The translations under genes and the position numbers were made by a program. From Mobula birostris (Eukaryota), in NCBI RefSeq assembly GCF_030028105.1, contig NC_092379.1, forward strand, positions 28,947,821 through 29,011,820: 64,000 nucleotides of DNA, given 5' to 3'. The notes beneath the pieces were generated by a model. That model saw only the letters and a list, made by a program, of their open reading frames with translations. It was not told the origin of the DNA and ran no database searches. The stretch's first letter is position 1, and each line of letters starts with the position of its first letter. Shown piece after piece: positions 25,476 through 37,692 of the stretch.

Positions 25476-26859
25476 ACATGATGATGCCCGACCTGCTGAG
25501 TCCCCCAGCGTGTTGTGAGTCATGGCTTCGACTGGACTGGAACACGAAACACAGAGCCGGGACTCCTCCTTGGAAACAGGACATGGGGCCGGGACTCTAC
25601 CTAGACACGGAACACAGAGCCAGGACCGTTCTTGTGTGCAGGACGTAGGGCCAGGACTCCTCTTATACACGGAACGCTGAACACCAAGAGACAGATCTCC
25701 ACTCAAGGTAGCGGCAAACCGCCGGACCTACCTAGCGAAGGCGAGGACACGATTAGACAGGACCACACAACAATAGACTGTTCCTTCTATTGACGCGACA
25801 AGGCTCCAGTCTCACTCCGGCAGGTTAACTTGACGGAGATTCTGCCGAAGTCAGAGATGAGGTATAGACGAGGTAGAGACGAGGTAACTCACGGGGTTCT
25901 GGCGGGGACGGTCCAGCCACTATCGCGGGGACGGTCCAGCCACTATCACTGGACCCCAGAGCTATTTATGTTGCCAGCCCGAGACGAGAAACAGTTGCCT
26001 TCATTAAGGCTCCCAAGGGAACAAAGGAAAAACAGAATTTCTGGAGTACGGAATCCACGGACCGGACCGTAACATCCGTAAATTCCTCTGCTAAATGGGA
26101 GCGGAACTGGGGAAGTCAGAGCTGAGCCTATTTAGCCAGCGATCTGAATGGAACTACGACACTGTCGGTTTCTTAATAATTTGCTCTAATTCTAATGTAT
26201 TTGTCGATCTCACACCTGTGTCCTTCGTTGCACTTTAAATGGCACTTATTTCTAGCAATGGATCTCAGTCCTTGGTCCGTCTTTCCTTACTCTTTTAAAT
26301 TTACGTCGCCATGTCACTCTGTGTCTGTCTCTGTATTTCAATTTAGTCTTTTATTTGTCTACCTCATCTCTCTCTCTCTCTCTCTCTGGGTACATCCTTT
26401 TACAAGCTGCCAGTTTTCTGCAAAAAAAATCAATTGTTCTCCCCTTTTAAGAAGCTAATGTTAATAGAGCGAACCTGAAATTTATCTTCATTAGAAGGAT
26501 TTACATGACAGCTTAGCTGATGCTGTCTAGTGACATGCACCCTCAGTATTTACAGGTTGCACTCATCTTCACTGTTAATCGCTCAAGATAGTCAAAAATT
26601 ATGTCCATCCAAATGTTAACCGCACAATGTTGTTATAGGCAGCAGACATACAATATCGTTATGGACGCTGAGGTATAGTGAAAATGTTTCGGAAAGATGC
26701 CACAGTAATCCGAGGTAAAGCTGAATTCAAAAAGTGTTCCTCAACGTTTGGCGTATGTTGCGGCTGAATGCAGCATTTTAAGTAGACCACGTGATCCTTA
26801 TGCTTTGTGCGTGCGGCTCTTCCAGTCTCCCAGCTAAGGCGCCCTCTAGTGATCACGAG

Positions 26860-27317
26860 CACGGACCCGCTGTATCCCTGCAGTTCTGTAGGGTGCTTTG
26901 CACAGTGCTATACACCAGAGTCTGGGGCCAGAACTCCAGATATAAATAAATGAGTGGACTCTGCCTCTGTGCATATCAGCTGAAAATCTCGCCGAACATT
27001 CTTGAGGTTGCACCAGTATTCCTGAGCCATATACCTTCAGCATTTATTTTTCGAGATATTCCGCGATGCTGAGTGTAAAATACTTGCATTAGTTCTTGTG
27101 TAATTGCAGTTTTAGGGTTATGAGCTGACTTTCATCAGCCGTTAATTTGGCAGCATCCTAGATCACTGAATCTTTCTCTCTCGCTCTTGCATTAAAGGAC
27201 AAAATGCACTAATATCCCTGACTTGCACTGAACTCACGTGGCACTCTCTGGTCATATGTGCAGCGTCTTACCTGTCAGGATGACGAATTTAATGAATACG
27301 AAACAAAGGGAGCACAT
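26860..27317 (-). pseudogene. V pseudogene, family B (B3)
   Basis: 46-nt leader MCSLCFVFIKFVILT-G with GTAAG donor (27272-27317), mutated acceptor, stops (DSVI*, DSGV*HCAK), heptamer decayed to TACAGAA. Confidence 0.85.
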
Positions 27318-28676
27318 TCTTCTGACTTCCGCCTCGATAGGACGGCAGATATCTTCCAAGAAATTATCACTATGGCAGATATTAGGGAGTAAATTCGGAT
27401 AAAAAATAGATTTCACAGTGCCCTGCTCAAAGATTGGTAGATAAAACGAAGCCGAGGCTCTATGAACATGAAAAAGAATCTGATTTCGTTGATTTCCGCC
27501 CTCTTCCATTTTCCCCACACTATAAATCATTCTCCCCATCTCTCTCTCCATTCCCTATCTCTCTCCATCTATTTATTTATCTATCTTTCTCTTTCTCGCT
27601 CTTTCTCTCTGTATCTCTTTCAAACTCTCTTGCTCTCTCCCCACCTTCTTCTTCTCTCCCGTTCTCCTTCTGAACATTAATTTCTATTTATCCACCTCTT
27701 TTGCTCGCTCCGTGAATTCATTCTTGCTTCTTTTGCCTCTGCTCTCTCCCTTCTCAGAGCATGTCACTCTATGCTAACCAGCGTATTACTGAGTCATTCA
27801 CCATGTTATGACTTTCTATTGCTCCTGCTATCTATCTTATCAATAGCCTTTTAAGTTATTGACGAAATACCTTTCAATCTATCAACATTCCGCTAGATAT
27901 TCCTTGTCAATAGCACACCAAATATTTACTCCCTAATATTTTTCCATAAGCGAGCCGATCTCCTATCCACGGCAATAGACTCAATTGAGAATTTATTTCC
28001 TGCAGTTGCCTTCGGCCTCACATCTTAATAGCTCCTTTCTCAGAATGTGAAGACCCTCGAAGTCCAGTTCACCGTGTACCATGAAGGAAATCTTATGAAG
28101 AGATCAAAGTCTTGACACTGTATTGTAGACAACAAGGGGAAATGGATATTAAGATGTCTCGAACATCTTTTAACTTCTTATTTGTACCTACCAACTGAAT
28201 TCAGGCCTGGGTGCCTGCGATCCTGAGAGCTCCCAGATTAAGGCGAACGAGTGACCCTCCTTCGTCTTTGCGTCTATTCTTGATTCGCTCTGTACACCAG
28301 TTATCGACTGTATTTCCGTGTCTATTATTCCCCTTTAACGGTGCGTGCTGCATGGCAGAAAGATACAAAGAAGAGTCCGACATAAGAGCCTCGGTGATGC
28401 ATCATTGAACTATCTTCGTTCATTTTGCAAACAGCAAAGCATCAATTATCAACAAGTTGGGGTGCAGAAAAGAGACAGAGATGATGCGATGAATACAGTC
28501 TCATCAGTGTCAGAAAAACAAATGAACTGTTCATTGACTTCAGAAAGGGAGAGGGCGAGCGAACACAACCGATAACTTTTTCAGTTTCAGCATGTAGGCA
28601 CCATAACCAAGGAAGCTCAAAAATACCCTCAAGACCTCAGTAGGCAAACTAAAATTCGCATGTCCCCATTGACCCA

Positions 28677-31600
28677 ACATAGAATATAAAGATAGAATAG
28701 TACAGCACATTACAGGCCCTTCGGCCCACAAGGTTATGCCGACCTTCAAACGCTGCCTCCCATATAACCCCCACCTTGAATTCTTCCATATATCTCTATA
28801 GTAGTCTCTAAAACTTCACTAGTGTATCTACCTCTACCACTGACTCAGGCAGTGCATTCCACGCACCAGCCACTCTCTCAGTAAAAAACCTTCCTCTAAT
28901 ATCCTTCTTCAACATCCCACTCCTTATCTAAAGCCATGTCCTCTTGTATTGAGAAGTGGTGCCCTGGGGAAGAGGTGCTGGCTATCCGCTCTATCTATTC
29001 CTCTTAATATCTTGTATACCTCTGTCATGTCTCCTCTCATCCTCCTTCCCTCCAAAGAGTAAAGCCCTAGCTCACTTAATTTCTGATCATAATCCATACT
29101 CTCTAAACCAGGCAGCATCCTGGTAAATCTCCTCTCTACCCTTTCCAATGCTTCCACATTCTTCCTATAGTGAGGCAACTAGAACTGGACACAATACTCC
29201 AAGTGTGGCCTAACCAGAGTTTTATCGAGCTTCATCATTACATCGCGACTCTTAAAGTCCATTCCTCGACTTATGAAAGTTAACACCCCATAAGCTTTTT
29301 TAACTACCCTATCTACCTGTGAGGCAACTTTCAGGGATCTGTGGACATGTACCCCGAGATCCCTCTGCTCCTCCACACTACCAAGTATCCTGCCATTTAC
29401 TTTGTACTCTACCATGGAGTTTGTCCTTTCAAAGTGTACCACGTCACACTTCTCCGGGTTGAACTCCATCTGCCTCTTTTCAACCCACTTCTGCATCCTA
29501 TCAATGTCTCCCTGCAATCTTCGACAATCCTCTACACTATCTACAACATCACCAACATTTGTGTCTTCTGCAAACTTGCCAACCCACTCTTCTACCCCCA
29601 CATCCAGGTCGTTAATAAAAATCATGAAGAGTAGTCCTCCCGGAACAGATCCTTGTGGACACCACTAGTCACAACCCTCCAATATGAATGTACTCCCTGC
29701 ACCACGACCCTCTGCCTTCAGCAAGCAAGCCAATTCTGAATCCAACTGTCCAAACCTCCCTGGATGTCATGTCTTCTGACTTTCTGATTAAGCCTACTGT
29801 GTGCAACCTTGTCAAATTCCTTACTAAAATCCATGTAGATCACATCCACTGCACTACTCTCATCTATATGCCTGGTCACCTCCTCAAAGAACTCTATCAG
29901 GTTTGTCAGAAACGATCTGCCCTTCACAAAGCCATGCTGACTCTCCCTGATCAGACCATGATTCTCTAAATGCCTATAGATCCTATCTCTAAGAATCTTT
30001 TCCAACAGCTTTCCCACCACAGACGTAAGGCTCACTGGTCTATAATTACCCGGACTATCCCTACTACCTTTTTTGAACAAGAAGACAACATTCGCCTCTC
30101 TCCAATCCTCTGGTACCATTCCCGTGGGCAACGAGGACATAAAGATCATAGCCAGAGGCTCAGCAATCTCTTCCCTCGCCACGTAGAGCATCCTGGGGAA
30201 TATTCCGTCAGGCCCCGGGGACTTATCCGTACTAATATATTTTAATAACTCCAAAAACTCCTCTCTCTTAATTTCTACATGCTCCAGACATCAACCTCTC
30301 TCATATTGTCCTCACCATCATCAAGTTCCCTCGCATTGGTGAATACCGAAGACAAGTATTCATTGAGGACCTCGCTCACTTCCACAGCCTCCAGACACAT
30401 CTTCCCACCTTTATCTCTAATCGGCCCTACCTTCACTCCTGTCATCCTTTTGTTCTTCACATAATTTAAGAATTCCTTGGGGTTTTCCTTTACCCTACTC
30501 ACCAAGGCCTTTTCATGCCCTCTTCTTGCTCGTCTTAGCCCCTTTTTAAGCTCCTTTCTTGCTACCCTACATTCCTCGGTAGACCCATCTCATCCTTGCT
30601 TCCTAAAACTCATGTATGCTGCCTTCTTCCACCTGACTAGAATTTGCACCTCACTTGTCACCCATGGTTCCTTCACCCTACATTTCTTTGTCTTCCTCAC
30701 CGGGACAAATTTATCTCTAACATCCTGCAAGAGATCTCTAAACATCGACCACGTGTCCATAGTACATGTCTCTGCAAAATCATTACCCCAATTCACACCC
30801 GCAAGTTCTAGCCTCATAGCCTCATAATTTGCCCTTCCCCAGTTCAAAATTTTCCTGTCCTCTCTGATTCTATCCTTTTCCATGATAATGCTAAAGGCCA
30901 GGGAGCGGTGGTCACTGTCCCCCAGATGCTCACCCAATGAGAGATCTGTGACCTGACCCGCTTCTGTACCTAATACTAGATCTAGTATGGCATTCCCCCT
31001 AGTCGGCCTGTCAACATACAGTGGCAGAAATCCGTCCTGGACACATTTAACAAAATCTGCCCCATCTGAAGCGTTGGAACCAATCAGGTGCCAATCAATA
31101 TTAGGGAAGTTAAAGTCACCCATGATAACAACCCTGCTATTTTTGCACCTTTCCAAAATCTGCCTCCCAATCTACTCCTTGGTATCTCTGCTGCTACCAG
31201 GGGGCCTATAGAATACTCTCAACAGAGTAGCTTCCTATTCCTGACTTCCACCCATACTGACTCAAAAGAGGATCCTGCTACATTGCCCGCCCTTTCTGTA
31301 GCTGTAATAGTATCCCCGACCAGTAATACCACCCCTCCCCCACCCCTTTTCCCCCCTATATCCCTTTTAAAGCACTGAAATCCAGGAATATTGAGAATCC
31401 ATTCCTGCCCTGGTGCCAGCCAAGTCTTTGTAATGACCACTGCATCATAATTCCATGTATGTATCCAAGCTCTCAGTTCATTCTCTTTGTTCCTGATGCT
31501 TCTTGCATTGAAGTCCGCACACTTTAGCCCTTCTACCTGACTACCTTTACACCCTTCTGGTTCTCTTTCCTCAAAGCCTCTTTATATGTTAGATCTGCCT

Positions 31601-32584
31601 TTACGCCATGCACTTAGAAACATAGAAACATAGAAAATAGGTGCAGGAGTAGGCCATTCGGCCCTTCGAGCCTGCATCGCCATTTATTATGATCATGGCT
31701 GATCATCCAACTCAGAACCCTGCCCCAGCCTTCCCTCCATACTACCTGATCCCCGTAGCCACAAGGGCCATATCTAACTCCCTCTTAAATATAACCAATG
31801 TACTGGCCTCAACTGCTTCCTGTGGCAGAGCATTCCACAGATTCACCACTCTCTGAGTGAAGAAGTTTTTCCTAATCTCGGTCCTAAAAGGCTTCCCCTT
31901 TATCCTCAAACTGTGACCCCTTGTTCTGGACTTCCCCAACATCGAGAACAATCTTCCTGCATCTAGCCTGTCCAATCCCTTTAGGATTTTATACGTTTCA
32001 ATCAGATCCCCCCTCAATCTTCTAAATTCCAACGAGTACAAGCCCAGTTCATCCAGTCTTTCTTCATATGAAAGTCCTGCCATCCCAGGAATCAATCTGG
32101 TGAACCTTCTTTGTATTCCCTCTATGGCAAGGATGTCTTTCCTCAGATTAGGGGACCAAAACTGCACGCAATACTCCAGGTGTGGTCTCACCAAGGCCTT
32201 CTTTCACTGCTCTATCGCTCTGGGTCCCATCCCCCTTGCAAATTAGTTTAAACCCTCCCGAACCATGCTCGCAAACCCACTTGCAAAGATATTGCTCCCC
32301 CTCGAGTTCAGGTGCAACCCATCCAATCTGTACAGGTCCCACCTTCCCCAGGAGAGATCCCGATGCTCCAAAAATCTAAAACCCTGCTCCCTGCACCAAC
32401 TCCTCAGCCACGCATTCAACTGCCATCTCCTCCAATTCTTACTATCACTATCACGTAGCACTGGCGTCAATCCTGACAACGTCACCCTTGACGTCCTGTT
32501 CTTCAGCCTGCTGCCTGGTCCCGAAACTCACACTTCAGGAACTCATCCCTCTTCCTACCTATGTCGTTGGTACCAACATATATC
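28677..32584 (-). mobile_element. 5'-truncated CR1 LINE: end of SGNH-esterase ORF1 plus near-complete, disrupted ORF2 (endonuclease-RT)
   Basis: ORF1 motifs VGTNDIGRK and LYRLDGLHLN..G; ORF2 EN (ITKTWL, MGDFNFPNIDW, SDH) and RT (KSPGPDG, NYRPVSLTS, QHGF, IFINDL, KFAEDT, RPHLEYCVQF). Absent from the paralogous site at ~45165. Confidence 0.9.
31617..32197 (-). mobile_element. Second CR1 3' fragment nested between ORF1 and ORF2 of the host CR1
   Basis: ORF 31742-32194 MVRPHLEYCVQFWSP..WNALP plus its own (GAAACATA)n tail. Confidence 0.85.
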
Positions 32585-33364
32585 GGGACTAATTTTTGAG
32601 GAACCCTATAGAAAGCATCATTTCCAGGTGCACCATGGCTTGAATAGCAAATGTTCTGCCCGTGACTGCAAGAAACTCGGCCGAGTTATAGACACAAACT
32701 AGCACATTACTGATAGAACATGAATTCTGCCTGCACTCTTGCTGAATCAGTAAAATACCCAGCATGATCAAAATCTTATGCATTCCAGACATTCGTTCAT
32801 TTCTCGCCTCCAATCGGGCAACAGATATAGAAACATCAGAGTCAACCTCTAAAATTCTATTAAAAGACAACTGCATAGTTCCCCTGTAAGAGAAGTTGAA
32901 CACGTGACCTCACAAACTAAATCAAACGAAAGTCACCATTTCGTCAACTTGCTCAACACTTTCTTTGCAGCTGCTTAACTGTATTGCCAATTCTGTTGTT
33001 GACTCCAGCAGCTTTCACACCGTCAATGCACAATGCAATGATCTGATGCCTGTAAAGATATGCAAGGCAGTATTTTCACTGTACCTCGGTGGATAAGTCA
33101 CTATCTAACCAAAGCCTAAACCAGCTGGTCAGTCTGTGTGAGTAAACAGGGTGAGGAAAGAAATTAAGCCGGCATTATTTAAAGTATAGGATATAGGGTT
33201 AGCGAGTAAACGTGGCGGTGGTCGTGTTCGCAAGTATGTTTTACTTGTCAACGTGCTAAATGCTGCTCCCTGATATCTCCAGGAACCCTGTTTTAGTTCG
33301 ACCACTGAATTTGTCTGAAGGTATGCCTTGAGGTGCCCATGTGTCTCGCTCCTCCGGAATACCA

Positions 33365-34980
33365 AAGACCATAAGACCATAAGATATAGAGACAGAAGTA
33401 CGTCATTCAGCCCATCGGGTCTGCCCTGCCATTCAATCATGGGCTGATCCAATTCTTCCAGTCATCGCCACTCCTCTGCCTTCTCTCCATACCCTTTGAT
33501 GTTCAGGCTAATCAAGAACCTACCTATCTCTGCTTTAAATGCACCCAATCACTTGGCCTCCACAGCCCCTGGTGGCAACTAATTCCAGATTTACTGCCCT
33601 CTGACTAACGTAATTTCCCTTCTGTTCTAAATGGACGTCCTTCAATCCTGAAGTCGTGCCCTCTCCTCTTAGACTCCCTTGCCATGGGAACTAACTTTGT
33701 CATATCTAATCATATCAAGCCTTCTAACATTCGGAATGTTTCTATGAGAGCATTCGTCATTCTGAACTCCAGGGAATACAGCCCAGGAGCTGCCAGGCGT
33801 TCTTCATACGGTATTCCTTTCATTCCTGTAATCATTCTCGTGAATCTTCTCTGAACCATCTCTAAAGTCAGTATATCCTCCCTAAAATAAGAAGCTCAAA
33901 ATTGGACGCAATGCTCCAAATGTGGTCTCACAGTGCCTTATGAAGCCTCAACATCACGTCCCTGCTCTTATATTCTACAAAAATGAATGCCAAAATTGCA
34001 CTCACCTTCTGCGGAACCGAAGCAACCTGGAGGTTAACCTTTAGGATATAGTGCACAAGGACTCTGAAGTCCCTTCGCGTCTCTGCATTTTGAATTCTCT
34101 CCCCATCTAAATAATAATCTGCCCGTTGATTACTTCCACCAAAGTGCATGACCATTTACTTTGCAACACTGTATTTCATTTGCCACTTCTTTGTCCCTTT
34201 CGCTAAACTATCCAAGTCTCTCTACAGGCTCTCTGTATCCTCAACACTACCGGCTCCTCCACCTAGCTTTGTATCATCAGCAAATTTAACCATAAATCCA
34301 TTAACCGCATAGTACAAATCATTGATATACATCGTATAAAGCAGCAGTCCCAAAACCCACCCCTGTGGAACACTACTGGTAAGTGGCAGCCAGCGAGAAC
34401 AAGATCCCTTTATTCCCATTCTCTGCTTTCTGCTGATCAGCCAATGCTCCGTCCATGTTAGTAACTTCCCTGTAATTCCATGGACTCTTATGTTCCTGAG
34501 CAGCCTCATATGCTGTACCTTGTCAAAGGCCTTCTGAAGATCTAGGTACACCAGATCTACTGCAGCTCCTTTGCCACCCCTGCCTGTAATTTCCACTAAA
34601 AATTGCAGTAGGTTAGTCTTGCAGGATTTTCCTTTCAGGAAACCATGCTAAATTTGTCCTATCTTGTCATGTGCCTCTAGCTATTTGGTAATCTCAATCT
34701 TAACAATCGTTTCCAACAACTTCCCAATCACTGATGTCGGCTAACATGTCTATCGTTTGCTTTCTGCTGCCTTCCACCCTTCTTAATTAGCGCAGTAACA
34801 TTTGCAATTTTCCCGTCATTTGGGACAATGCCAGGATCTATCAATTCTTGAATGAACATTGTCAATGCCGCTGCAATTTCTTCAGCAACTTCCTTCAGAT
34901 CGCGAGGGTGCATTCCATCAGGTTCAGGAGTTTTATCCACCCTCTGACCGTTAAGCTTCCTGAGCACCTTCGCAATCGTA
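33365..34980 (-). mobile_element. Older degenerate CR1 ORF2 3' half
   Basis: DKTPEPDGMHPRDLKEVAEEI, VDLVYLDLQKAFDKV, VPQGWVLG, KFADDTK, VMHFG..; many stops. Confidence 0.85.
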
Positions 34981-35989
34981 ATTAACTCTGCAAGATATTC
35001 CTACTGGTTGATAGGTGGCCACGATTAGAAGAGAGATCTAGATGAACACGCGGAAAAAATCGTGTTCGGGAAACAGATTGGGTGGTTTGAATAATGACAA
35101 ACACAAAATGAAAATGAAGATTGTTGAAAAATATAGAGAAACTTTTGGCAACCGATGCTTTCAATCTCTGCAACTCTTCGGCATTAAACCGGGCATATAC
35201 GTTGGTCCGTCTCCCATCAATCAGAAGATCAGCCTAAAGAATATATTCTATCATGTTGGTATAACACTATTGAGCGGTGCGAGGGATTAAATATTGACCC
35301 AAGCCACAGTCCCCCGTCTTATTGCGTTCTGACTTATTGACTCCCTGCTCTTTATTTTCTGGAAGGATGTTGCACTTTATTCTGATCCTGGTATTGTTTA
35401 GCTTTCAATACCACGTTGCACTGTGCAATTAATCGATCGGTATGAACAAGACATGTCAAGACATTTTTTCCTTGTATCTCAGTGTACGTGGCAATAATAA
35501 AACCATTCCAAATCCATCTGGAGACAAACTTTGGCCCGTTATTCCTAGTTGTTAGATTAAGTTACAAGTTGTCACTCTTTTTATAACCTGTTTCTTTCGA
35601 GCCTTCTCTCTCCCTATCCCTCCCTGTCCCTGTCACTCGCTTTACCGCTCGTTCCCTTTCTTTATCTTTCTCTCTATTCCATTCCTTCCTCATAGCTTGC
35701 CAACGCATCTACCACAATATCATCTTCAAATCATATAGAATTTCACAGTTGTCAAAGACGAGTCCAGAAAAGTTGCCAACCGCAACGTGGCGTTGAGGGA
35801 AAAATGTTAATGACAAGAACATCAAATTGCACGTTACGTTCTTTATGAAGTTAACATTTCTATCTCTCAGTACGCATTGATTTCGAGAATTGTTCATCAA
35901 TCTTGAGCACATGTCGCTCTTGAATGTGGCTCCGTAAAGTCTCCAAAGACCACTTTCCTTCTCATCGCTGTGGGTAGCAGACACCAACA

Positions 35990-36430
35990 GAATCAACAAT
36001 CTTATTCGTAAGACCAGTGATGTTGTGGGGATGGAACTGGACTCTCTCACGGTGGTGTCTGAAAAGAGGATGCTGTCTAAGTTGCATGCCATCTTGGTCA
36101 ATGTCTCTCATCCACTACATAATGTACTGGATGGGCACAGGAGTACATTCAGCCAGAGACTCATTCCTCAGAGATGCAGCACAAAGCGTCATAGGATGTG
36201 ATTCCTGCCTGTGGCCATCAAACTTTGCAACTCCTCCCTTGGAGAGTCAGACACCCTGTGCCGATAGGCTGGTCCTGGACTTATTTCATAATTTACTGGC
36301 ATAATTTACATATTACTATTTAACTATTTATGATTCTATGACTATTTATTATTTATGGTGTAACTGTAAGGAAAACCAATTTCCCCCTGGAATTAATAAA
36401 GTATGACTATGACTATGACTATGACTATGA
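35990..36430 (+). mobile_element. Rex1/Babar-like LINE 3' end with (GACTAT)n tail
   Basis: Reads VVGMELDSLTVVSEKRMLSKL..HPLH..SQRL..RC.T.R.R..FLPVAIKL.N; terminal GACTAT repeats truncate relic C3. Confidence 0.65.
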
Positions 36431-36740
36431 AGTAGAACATTTTCTCCACTCATGAATATTTTCTTCGGTCTTGCAGAATACTGAATGCACAGCAAATTGG
36501 CTCTGCCAGTTTCCTTGTAATTGCAGTTCAGTGGCACGGTCTGCTCTTCCACGATCACTAAATCCCTCCTATTGGGGTCACAAGATCTGCCCCACACGTC
36601 CCTGTAACAAACCCCGAATATGTGTGCGGCACTGGAACGCACTGACACTGCAGGACAAGCTCCCACCGATGAGACTGATTCATATATAGTGTAGTCTATC
36701 AAAAAAATCCTCCGTGGATGGTTGTAATGGGAACATGGTA
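36430..36740 (-). pseudogene. Degenerate V relic, family C (C3), 3'-truncated
   Basis: TTTGTTACAG acceptor then GTCGADLVT, RDLVIVEEQTVPLNCNYKETGRANLLCIQYS. Confidence 0.65.
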
Positions 36741-37019
36741 CATTAAATAAAGAAAAGAGAGTGTCATTTGAAAATGTTATTCCAATAAAGCAGAAGTGAT
36801 TCAAGTTAGAACAAGCAGAGACTCTTGAATCCTGCTCGCCAATGCTTTCTCGTGGCCCCTTCCAGCTGTCCGAATTTCTTTATTGAGCACCTTCCTGGCA
36901 CCCTTGCAATATTCTAGAGCTCTAACTGTACCTAGTTTCTTGAACCATTCTTAATCGTTTCTTTTCTTTCTGACTAGATATGCCGCACCCTTTGAAGACC
37001 ATAAGTTTCCCTCTTTGCC

Positions 37020-37400
37020 TACCTGCTCATTGACTTCTGGTTTAGTGAGGAGGCTCCTGTCTCCATACAGGTTGCTGGGATCACAGCTTCAGAGCTTCAA
37101 GGTCCTTGGAAGGAACATCATCCGTAGTCTGTCCTCTGCAACGAAGTTGACGCCACAAGCAAGAAAGGTCGCGAGTACCGCTACTTCCTTAGGAGGCTAA
37201 AATAATGGGTTTTCGAGCTTTCCCCATTTTTGTCTACACACCACAGAAAGCATTCTATCTACATGCATTGCGGCTTGATACAAGAAAGGCTGTGCAATTG
37301 ACCACAAGAAACTGCAACCCAGAGCTTGGGCAAAGCTCAGAGCTTCGCGGAAAACAAACTCTCCCCCGTGGACTCCACAATCTATCTGCCTCAGCGTAAG
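37020..37400 (+). mobile_element. Rex-like RT fragment truncating a family A V
   Basis: Frameshifted SFKVLG.NI..YFLRRLK..F..TTESILSTCIAAWY..LQ pattern. Confidence 0.6.
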
Positions 37401-37692
37401 TGTAATCACAATTGAGTGTTATGGTCTATCCCTTCTCAGCTGTTCAGTCGGGAGGATCCGGCGTCACTGAATCTTTCCCACTCGTTTCTGCAATAAAGGA
37501 CACAATGCATCAACATAGCTGGCTTGTACTGAACGCCGGGGAAATTCGCTGGCCAACTTTGCAGGCTACCCAGGCAACATAGCCAATGCAATCAGTCTAA
37601 AACAGAGATTAGATTAGATTCAACTTTATTGTCGTTATGCCGAGTACAGGTACAAAGGTAATGAAATGCATTTATTAAGAGAAGGAAAGCAT
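37400..37692 (-). pseudogene. Family A V fragment (leader with insertion, intron, FR1 only)
   Basis: Same leader insertion as 19640-19820; V exon start ETSGKDSVTPDPPD..GIDHNTQ, cut off by the Rex-like fragment. Confidence 0.8.

Larger units (their letters stand above)
24150..25900. mobile_element. Repeat-rich element (possibly LTR-retrotransposon derived) carrying nested insertions
   Basis: Internal short tandem repeats; shorter paralog at ~41960-42560 lacks the nested PLE and CR1. Class assignment uncertain. Confidence 0.45.

Noticed and set aside
27412-27455. CACAGTG/CACGGTG upstream of B-family leaders (also ~18434) as an inverted RSS
   Set aside because: No acceptable nonamer at 12 or 23 bp; heptamer not conserved in other copies.
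28674-32580. CCAACATA at both ends of the large CR1 as a TSD
   Set aside because: Absent from the empty paralogous site; one copy belongs to the element tail and the other to the ORF1 VGTNDIG codons.
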